Shown here: positions 57,362 through 64,000 of the stretch, piece after piece
Numbering within the stretch: the first letter of the stretch is position 1
How the letters are laid out: every line of letters starts with the position of its first letter
Program-made: the position numbers and the translations under genes
Origin: Opitutia bacterium
GTDB taxonomy: Bacteria > Verrucomicrobiota > Verrucomicrobiia > Opitutales > Opitutaceae
Length of the DNA: 64,000 nucleotides
NCBI GenBank assembly: GCA_947478395.1
Contig: CANJVR010000002.1
Location: 192,001-256,000, forward strand
Direction: 5' to 3'
Notes under the pieces: generated by a model
Seen by the model: the letters and a program-made list of their open reading frames with translations, nothing else
Databases searched by the model: none
Told to the model about the DNA's origin: nothing

Positions 57362-57526
57362 GGCGCGGGCGCGTTCTGGTCTATGGAAAAAAGAAGAACG
57401 TGCGGATCGCCCCTCCGGAAAGCAAGGCCGAAGGCGGGGGCGATTGAAACGGTTGTGCAAACTTAGGACAAAGAAGCGGAGGCAAATGAAATTGCACCGC
57501 GCCGCTCGGCCCGACGACATGATGGG

Positions 57527-57952
57527 ATGCGCTGCATTGGAATCGACTACGGGACCCGCCGCCTCGGCCTCGCCTACGGCGACGAGCTAGGCGTCGCGAC
57601 GCCGTTGCCCGCGCTGGTCGATGCCGATGAGGGCAAACGCTGGGCTGCATTGCTTGCCGTCGTGCATGCCCGGCGTGCGACTGATTTGGTGCTTGGTTAT
57701 CCGCTCAACATGGATGGATCGGCGGGCTTCAAGGCGAAGGAGGTCGACGCATTTGCGGCCCGGCTTCGCACCACGCTGGCGCTGCCGGTGCATCTCGTGG
57801 ACGAAACACTCACCAGCCATGAAGCGGAGTCCACCATCGCGAAAGGGAAGCGACGCCAGGTTCGCGCGAGCGGGATTATTGATTCACGAGCGGCGACGCT
57901 GATCCTGCAGGATTTCCTCACCTTGGAATTTCCCTCGGAGGATTCCGCGTGA
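57527..57952 (+). CDS. ruvX: YqgF/RuvX pre-16S rRNA nuclease
   Basis: GIDYGTRRLGLA, GYPLNMDG, DETLTS, IDSRAATLILQ. Confidence 0.95.
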   Translation: MRCIGIDYGTRRLGLAYGDELGVATPLPALVDADEGKRWAALLAVVHARRATDLVLGYPLNMDGSAGFKAKEVDAFAARLRTTLALPVHLVDETLTSHEAESTIAKGKRRQVRASGIIDSRAATLILQDFLTLEFPSEDSA

Positions 57953-58725
57953 CCGATGATTCGCCTGAGGGCGCTCCCGCCGAGGCGCTCACGCGCTGGA
58001 AATGCGTGTGCGCTTACGATGGTGGACCGTTTGCGGGCTGGCAAAGTCAGCCCGGCGGAAACTCTGTGCAGGATACGATTGAAGCGCGGCTCGCGCAGAT
58101 TTTCGGCCGGCCGGTGCGGACCCATGCAAGTGGACGAACCGACGCCGGCGTGCACGCGCACGCGCAGGTTTTCCATTTCGACGCCAACTGGCGGCACGGA
58201 CCGGAGCGATTGCTGGCGGCGATGCGGTCCGTGATTTCACCGGCGATCCAGTTCAAAACGATCCGCGTGGTGTCGGCGAAATTCCACGCGCGGTTTTCGG
58301 CCGTCGGGAAAATCTACAGTTATCATCTGCATCTCGGCGATGCGGACCCGTTCTCGCGGCCCTACTGCTGGCCGGTATTCAGGCCGCTGAATTTCACCGC
58401 CATGGAGGCCGCCGCGGCTGCGCTGCGGGGAAAAAATGATTTCAAGGCTTTTTCGGCATTCAATGGTGCAGAGATGGAGGATACCGTGCGCGACCTCCGG
58501 CGCCTGGAGATCGCGCGCCGCGGAGCCCGCGTGCGTATCACGGCGGAGGCCGATGGTTTTCTCTATAAAATGGTACGCAGTCTCGTCGGAGCCGTCGTGG
58601 CGGTCGGCGAAGGTAAACTCACTCCGGCCGAGGTGCGGACGATTTTGCTTTCGCGTGAGCGCACGCCGCTCATTCACACCGCCCCTCCCCAGGGCCTTTT
58701 TCTCGAAAAAGTTTTCTACCGATGA
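57949..58725 (+). CDS. truA: tRNA pseudouridine(38-40) synthase
   Basis: YDGGPFAGWQ, SGRTDAGVHA, FHARF, FLYKMVR, TAPPQGLFL. Confidence 0.97.
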   Translation: MTDDSPEGAPAEALTRWKCVCAYDGGPFAGWQSQPGGNSVQDTIEARLAQIFGRPVRTHASGRTDAGVHAHAQVFHFDANWRHGPERLLAAMRSVISPAIQFKTIRVVSAKFHARFSAVGKIYSYHLHLGDADPFSRPYCWPVFRPLNFTAMEAAAAALRGKNDFKAFSAFNGAEMEDTVRDLRRLEIARRGARVRITAEADGFLYKMVRSLVGAVVAVGEGKLTPAEVRTILLSRERTPLIHTAPPQGLFLEKVFYR

Positions 58726-59459
58726 ACGGATCGGGTCTGGCGGAACTGGTGCGGGGAATGGGCGATGTGGTGTTTCCGCCGACGTGTGTCGATTGCCGCG
58801 GGCTGGTCGAAGGGAGCGGATTCCGTCAGGTGTGCGTGAGCTGTGCGGCGCGGCTCGATTTCGTGCACGCGCCCCATTGCACGACCTGCGGCCATCCGTT
58901 TTACGGCGTAGTCGAAGGCGAGCGCATGTGTCCGCACTGCGCAGGCTTGGAACCCGCCTTCCTGACCGGGTGCACGGCGGTGTTGTTCAAAGGTCCGGCC
59001 CGGGCCTTGGTGATTGAGCTCAAATATCATCGTGGCCTGCACGTGCTCGCCGACATGGAAGAGATTTTTCGGCGTTCGTCGGAGGCGTTGGCGACTGCCT
59101 GCGACGCGATTCTCGTGCCCGTGCCTTTGCATCCGCGCAAGGCACGGGAGCGGGGGTTCAACCAAAGTGCCTTGCTGGCGGCGGCTTTGGCGCGGGCGAG
59201 CGCCGGCCGTGCGCGGGTGGAGGCGTTGCTGGAGCGGACAGCGGACACAGCGACGCAGACGGCGTTCGATCGAAAGACGCGGCAGACGAACCTTAAAAAT
59301 GCCTTTGCACTGGTGAAAGGGGCCACCCTAATTGAGGGTCAGAAGTATGTGCTCGTTGACGACGTATTCACCACCGGCTCTACGCTCAACAGCTGTGCTC
59401 GCACGCTGCGGCGGGCTGGTGCGCTGAATCTTCACGTCGTCACTTTCGGCCACGGCTAA
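58722..59459 (+). CDS. comF: ComF family protein (zinc ribbons plus PRTase-like domain)
   Basis: Four CxxC motifs, VPVPLH, RGFNQS, LVDDVFTTGST. Confidence 0.93.
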   Translation: MNGSGLAELVRGMGDVVFPPTCVDCRGLVEGSGFRQVCVSCAARLDFVHAPHCTTCGHPFYGVVEGERMCPHCAGLEPAFLTGCTAVLFKGPARALVIELKYHRGLHVLADMEEIFRRSSEALATACDAILVPVPLHPRKARERGFNQSALLAAALARASAGRARVEALLERTADTATQTAFDRKTRQTNLKNAFALVKGATLIEGQKYVLVDDVFTTGSTLNSCARTLRRAGALNLHVVTFGHG

Positions 59460-59471
59460 GTTTTTCAATCC

Positions 59472-60341
59472 ATGCATTTCGACAAACCGACTTACAAAGT
59501 CCGCAAAACCGCCAAGAAAGAAATTCCCAAGGGCCTTTACACGAAGGACCCGCTCACAGGGGAAATTCTGTTCAACAAGGAAATCGAGGACAACCAGATG
59601 GTCGTGCCGCGCAGCGGACACCATTTTCCGATCGGAGCGCGGGCCCGGATCGCCGGGCTGTTCGATGAAGGCACATTCACCGAGGCGGACGCCGGGGTGC
59701 GATCCGGTGACCCGCTGGGCTTTGTCGATTCGCAACCGTATCCGGACCGCATCAAGCGCTACGAAAAAGAGAGCGGCTTGCCCGAGGCGGTGATTTGCGG
59801 TGTGGGCCGGATTTACGGCATCGAAGTCTCCGTCGCGGTGATGGATTTCCGTTTCTGCGGTGGCGCGATGGGGGCGGCCGCGGGCGAAAAAATCACGCGA
59901 GCCATTGAAGCGGCGATCGGAAAAAAATGTCCCTGCATTATCTTTAGCGCTTCGGGCGGCGCGCGCATGCAGGAGGGAATTTATTCGCTGATGCAGATGG
60001 CGAAGACGAGTGCCGCTCTGGGCCGTCTCGCGGCGGCGAAGCTGCCGTTTGTCTCCGTGCTCACGCATCCCACGATGGGGGGTGTGACGGCGAGTTTTGC
60101 GACGCTTGGCGATGTGATCATCGCGGAGCCCGGCGCGTTAATCGGCTTTGCCGGCGCACGCGTGATCAAGGACACGACGAAGCAATCGCTGCCCGCAGGA
60201 TTTCAGACCGCGGAGTTTTTGCTGCAGCACGGACTCGTGGACCAAATCGTGAGCCGGTTGGAGATGCGCGAGCGGCTGCGTGATCTGCTCTCGGCCCTGC
60301 ATGGCAAGAAGCGGCAGGCGATGGCGGCGCTTAAGTTATAA
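59472..60341 (+). CDS. accD: Acetyl-CoA carboxylase carboxyltransferase beta subunit
   Basis: [57 protein letters not shown]. Confidence 0.97.
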   Translation: MHFDKPTYKVRKTAKKEIPKGLYTKDPLTGEILFNKEIEDNQMVVPRSGHHFPIGARARIAGLFDEGTFTEADAGVRSGDPLGFVDSQPYPDRIKRYEKESGLPEAVICGVGRIYGIEVSVAVMDFRFCGGAMGAAAGEKITRAIEAAIGKKCPCIIFSASGGARMQEGIYSLMQMAKTSAALGRLAAAKLPFVSVLTHPTMGGVTASFATLGDVIIAEPGALIGFAGARVIKDTTKQSLPAGFQTAEFLLQHGLVDQIVSRLEMRERLRDLLSALHGKKRQAMAALKL

Positions 60342-60415
60342 TCCGAGGTTTGTCCGGCGGAAACGAGTGGATTTGTCCGAGTCAACCCAGTGATAAGTTG
60401 ATAAAGACGCTCCGT

Positions 60416-60497
60416 CCCAGCGCGCACGGAGATCGGAAACAGAGTTCGCGAGCCAAACAAAAGCATCTTCTTCCTCTTCGTGCTCTCCGTGTCTGGG
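60416..60497. repeat. Degenerate inverted-repeat element similar to 37991-38264
   Basis: CCCAGCGCGCACGGAGA ... TCTCCGTGTCTGGG. Confidence 0.5.
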
Positions 60498-60551
60498 TTC
60501 ACTGTCCGCTGTGATCCATGGCTTGGTTTTGAGTTCTCGAAGATTCTTAAA

Positions 60552-61856
60552 ATGCCCACTGACTATTCTGCCGTGCAGGATTACCTCTTCGGCCTGAAAA
60601 CGCAGGGGCCGAAGTTTGGCATCGATCGGATGCGATTGCTGACCGCGGCGCTGGGGCATCCGGAACGCGCGGTGCCGTGCATCCATATTGCCGGCACGAA
60701 CGGAAAGGGGTCGGTCGCCGCGATGTTGCGCGGGATTTTTACCGCGGCGGATTGGCGCGTCGGACTCTATACTTCGCCGCATCTGGTTCGCCTAGGCGAG
60801 CGCGTGCAAGTGGACCGCGAGCTCCTCTCGGAGGCCGAGATCGGGGCCTACGCGATGGAATTAAAACCCGTGGCCGAGGGAATCGCCGCGGCGGGCGCGG
60901 CGGACGATCATCCCAGTTTTTTTGAATTCATGACGGCGATGGCGTTTCTCCAATTCGCGCGGAAGCAGTGCGACGTGAACCTGATCGAGGTGGGACTCGG
61001 CGGGCGACTCGACGCGACGAACGTTGTCGTGCCCGAAGTCAGTGTGATCACTTCCATCGGGCTGGATCACTGTGAAATGTTGGGCGATACGATCGAACAA
61101 ATCGCGGCGGAAAAAGCGGGAATCATCAAGGCCGGCATCCCCGTGGTGATCGGCCGCCTTCCGGTCGCGGCGGAATCTGTGATACGGGCCCACGCCGCGC
61201 GGCTGGGTGTGCGGGTGTCGAGCGTGCGGAAGGAATTTGGCGAGGCGCTGGAAAATTTTCCCCGGACAAATCTGGAAGGCGACTATCAGCGCTGGAATGC
61301 GGCGACGGCGACGTTGGTCGCTCGCGCGCTACCCGCGCGTTGGCGGCTCGACGAGGACCTGATCGCGCGCGGTCTGATGCAGACCGAGTGGCCGGGGCGT
61401 TGGCAACGAGTGCAGCTGGGGGGGCGGCGGGCGATCCTCGATGCCTCGCATAACCCGGAGGGCGCACAGGTGCTCGATGCGAATCTCACGCAGCTGGTCG
61501 CGGAAACGGGGCGCGCGCCAATCGTGATCACGGGCGTGCTCGGCGTGGCGCGCGCGCGGCCTCTGTTGGAAACGCTGTGCCGTCATGCCCGCGAGATTCA
61601 TCTCGTGGTACCCAAGCAGGCCCGCGCGAGCAGCTATGAGGAGTTGGAGTCGCTCGTGCCAGCGGCATTCTATGCGGGAGGTGGACGAGTGATTCGCGAC
61701 ACTGTGGAACGGCTTTTTCCCGGCGATGACGCGTGTGTCGCGGGCGGACCGGACGACGTGGTCGTAGTGACCGGTTCGATCTATTTGCTGGGCGAAGTCA
61801 TGGCCCGCATTGCGCCGCAACGCGGAGCAGGCGAGGGGCGCTTGCAGGATTTCTGA
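60552..61856 (+). CDS. folC: Folylpolyglutamate synthase / dihydrofolate synthase
   Basis: HIAGTNGKGS, YTSPHL, FFEFMT, EVGLGGRLDATN, IGLDH, EKAGIIK, WPGR, DASHNP, TGSIYL. Confidence 0.97.
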   Translation: MPTDYSAVQDYLFGLKTQGPKFGIDRMRLLTAALGHPERAVPCIHIAGTNGKGSVAAMLRGIFTAADWRVGLYTSPHLVRLGERVQVDRELLSEAEIGAYAMELKPVAEGIAAAGAADDHPSFFEFMTAMAFLQFARKQCDVNLIEVGLGGRLDATNVVVPEVSVITSIGLDHCEMLGDTIEQIAAEKAGIIKAGIPVVIGRLPVAAESVIRAHAARLGVRVSSVRKEFGEALENFPRTNLEGDYQRWNAATATLVARALPARWRLDEDLIARGLMQTEWPGRWQRVQLGGRRAILDASHNPEGAQVLDANLTQLVAETGRAPIVITGVLGVARARPLLETLCRHAREIHLVVPKQARASSYEELESLVPAAFYAGGGRVIRDTVERLFPGDDACVAGGPDDVVVVTGSIYLLGEVMARIAPQRGAGEGRLQDF

Positions 61857-62005
61857 GCCTAAACGCTGCCGTCCCAATCGGAGGTAATTCGGCGTGCCTG
61901 CGAGCGCCGGGGTGTGCGCGATCGGATTGGTCTAAGCCTCGAGATCGCTGCATCGTTCATGCTCATAGCTAGCACGCGTGCTTTCGCTCTTTCGCGGATT
62001 GGCAT

Positions 62006-62033
62006 TTGACGGCGGGGGAGGGCGACCTACCGT
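62006..62033 (+). promoter_or_regulatory. Sigma70-like promoter for the 6S RNA
   Basis: TTGACG-16 nt-TACCGT, ending 5 nt before the predicted RNA 5' end. Confidence 0.55.
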
Positions 62034-62038
62034 CGGCG

Positions 62039-62223
62039 ATGACACCCTGCAGTGTTCGAGGTGCTTTCAATAACTGCTCTTTGCCTTAGAATTATTACGG
62101 GAGCCGAGACCGTCGCGGAAGATGCTAGGCCGTAAATCGGAAAGCAGACGCTGCGGAGGAGGTGCCCACCTTAACCTAAAAAGGTCCTGAGCCTTTGGGC
62201 GCACGGCACAGGCGGGGTGTCAT
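62039..62223 (+). ncRNA. ssrS: 6S RNA
   Basis: 185-nt rod folded by hand: ATGACACCCTGC/GCGGGGTGTCAT closing stem, GTGTTCG/CGGCAC, GCTC/GAGC, AT-rich central bubble with ACCT-AAAA-AGGT hairpin, GGGAGCC/GGTGCCC. Confidence 0.88.
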
Positions 62224-62232
62224 TCTTTTTCT

Positions 62233-62577
62233 ATGAATCCAAGTTACTACCATCTGCTTCATTTGTTCTCCCTCTTCGTGCTGACGGCTCACACCTTCAT
62301 GGCGTTCGCCAACCCTGCGCCGGAAAACCGGAAGAAGACGCTGATGATCACAGGAATTGCGGGCCTGCTCGTTCTGATCAGTGGATTCGGTCTGCTGGCG
62401 AAACTTTACGCGGGGCCCATGCCCGCATGGGCGATCGTGAAACTGTTCAGTTGGCTAGGGCTTATGGCCGTAGGTGGGATGGTTTACCGCCGCCCGCACC
62501 TGCGCAGCACACTCGCCTTCGTGACGCTCTGTCTGATCTTGGTCGCGCTGGTGATGGTTTACCTGCGGCCGATTTGA
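62233..62577 (+). CDS. Small four-TM membrane protein (SirB2-like)
   Basis: YHLLHLFS, LLVLISGFGL, WAIVKL; four hydrophobic segments. Confidence 0.8.
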   Translation: MNPSYYHLLHLFSLFVLTAHTFMAFANPAPENRKKTLMITGIAGLLVLISGFGLLAKLYAGPMPAWAIVKLFSWLGLMAVGGMVYRRPHLRSTLAFVTLCLILVALVMVYLRPI

Positions 62578-62593
62578 GCGGCATAGGGCGGAT

Positions 62594-64000
62594 ATGACTG
62601 AAACGCTCTGCGGCGTCTGGGTGGACGACGAGGGCGGAGTGCACCTCGCGGTGGCGACGCCGGAAGGCGGCCGCGCCGAGCGCAGGGGTACGCTGCGACC
62701 TTTCGCGTGGTTAAAGGCGGAACCGACGGAGGTGACCGTGGGGATAAGCGTCGAGAAACTCGCCGGCGATGCGGTTTTTGGCCGGCTCGCCCACGCAGAA
62801 ACGCTCGCGGTCTTTGAGGAATTTTTAAAAGCCACGCGGGCCGAGGGCGGCGTGGATACGATTCGCCCCTTGGAAAATCAGTTCCTCGTGCAGCAACGGG
62901 CGCGGTTGTTTCGTGAGCTCAGTTTCGGCCAAGTTCGCCGCTGTCAGCTCGACATCGAGACCGCTTCGACTGACGGCAGCTTCAGCGACGCAAGCCGGCC
63001 GGACGATCGGGTGCTGGCCGTGGGGCTGCGCTGTGGCGGGCATAACCGTCTCCTGTTGCTTGAGGCGATGAGCGACGAAGCGGAGAAAAAACTGCTAGAA
63101 GATTTCAACGCCGTACTGGCGGAGATCGATCCCGACGTCGTCGAGGGTCACAATATTTTCAAGTTTGACCTCGATTATCTCCGGCAACGCTGTCGCCGGC
63201 ACAAACTACCGTGTGCCTGGGGGCGGTTTGGCCAGAAGGCGACCTTTCGCAACAGCCGCCTGAAAGTGGCGGAGCGCTGGATCGATTTTCCACGCTGCGA
63301 TCTGCCGGGCCGCGCCGTCGTGGACACCTATCTACTCGTGCAACTTTACGATATCACGACGCGCGAACTTACGGCGTACGGATTGAAGGACGTCGCGATT
63401 TATCTGGGTATCACGGATGAGGACAGCGCAACGCGAACCTACATCGACGGCGGAAAAATTGCCGAGACGTTTGTGCGCGATCGCGCGAGGTTCTGCGCTT
63501 ATCTGGAGGACGATCTGCGGGAGACGCAGGGGCTCGCCGATCTACTGCTGCCGACGTATTTCGAACAGACCCGCACGTTTCCCATTCTGCTGCAGGACGC
63601 GACGCTTCGCGGGACGACGTCGAAGATCGATCTGCTTTTCCTCGAGGAATACTATCACGCCCGGCAGTCGTGTCCGGTGCCGCCGGAGGTAAAACCGTTT
63701 GAAGGCGGCTATACGCGGAGTTTTCAAGAAGGTGTGTTCCGCCACGTGCTCCACTTCGACGTGGCGTCGCTTTATCCCAGCCTGTTGCTTGGCATTGGAC
63801 GAAATCCAGCGACGGATGACCTTGGGATTTTCATCCCGCTGCTGAAATCGCTCCGCGAGTACCGTTTAAAATTTAAGCAACTCGCACGCACGGCGCCTAC
63901 GGCGGACGAACGCGCCGAGGCGCAGGCGCGGCAGACTAGTTTCAAAATTTTGATCAATTCGTTTTACGGTTACCTCGGTTTTTCGGGCGCTCGTTTCGGG
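62594..64000 (+). CDS. polB: Family-B DNA polymerase with 3'-5' exonuclease (runs off the window)
   Basis: Not in the ORF track. Manual translation from ATG 62594: ExoI LDIET, ExoII GHNIFKFDLDY, YGLK, ExoIII YLEDD, FEGG, motif A DVASLYPS, motif B KILINSFYGYLG. Confidence 0.95.
   Translation, partial: MTETLCGVWVDDEGGVHLAVATPEGGRAERRGTLRPFAWLKAEPTEVTVGISVEKLAGDAVFGRLAHAETLAVFEEFLKATRAEGGVDTIRPLENQFLVQQRARLFRELSFGQVRRCQLDIETASTDGSFSDASRPDDRVLAVGLRCGGHNRLLLLEAMSDEAEKKLLEDFNAVLAEIDPDVVEGHNIFKFDLDYLRQRCRRHKLPCAWGRFGQKATFRNSRLKVAERWIDFPRCDLPGRAVVDTYLLVQLYDITTRELTAYGLKDVAIYLGITDEDSATRTYIDGGKIAETFVRDRARFCAYLEDDLRETQGLADLLLPTYFEQTRTFPILLQDATLRGTTSKIDLLFLEEYYHARQSCPVPPEVKPFEGGYTRSFQEGVFRHVLHFDVASLYPSLLLGIGRNPATDDLGIFIPLLKSLREYRLKFKQLARTAPTADERAEAQARQTSFKILINSFYGYLGFSGARFG

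Noticed and set aside
55715..57466. 583-aa plus-strand ORF, and similar ones at 1864-3096, 12804-14093 and 42223-43248
   Set aside because: Antisense shadows of typA, ppc, alaS and the aldo/keto reductase; no protein motifs.

Overview
High-GC chromosomal window made up mostly of housekeeping and metabolic genes. Gene content suggests Verrucomicrobiota, probably Opitutaceae (inference from the EF-hand-bearing TonB receptor, the DUF1592/DUF1552 pair and the long IspH). It holds about 45 CDS (lptD partial, ppc, glgB, ispH, alaS, der, fmt, recD2, an Mla/MCE operon, typA, ruvX-truA-comF-accD-folC, partial family-B DNA polymerase), tRNA-Ser(GCT) and a 6S RNA. I found no CRISPR array, prophage, integrase or transposase. 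The most interesting signals are: (1) six copies of a 100/141-bp MITE-like element that carries GTAG-REP hairpins and in three cases interrupts another REP; (2) IspH fused to an apparently degenerate Idi/Nudix-like domain; (3) a tandem UxaA-family protein whose two halves have lost complementary motifs; (4) an unexplained structured intergenic segment after glgB; (5) 7- and 9-nt periodic repeats in spacers and inside genes. All calls come from motif recognition by eye; no searches or folding programs were run.
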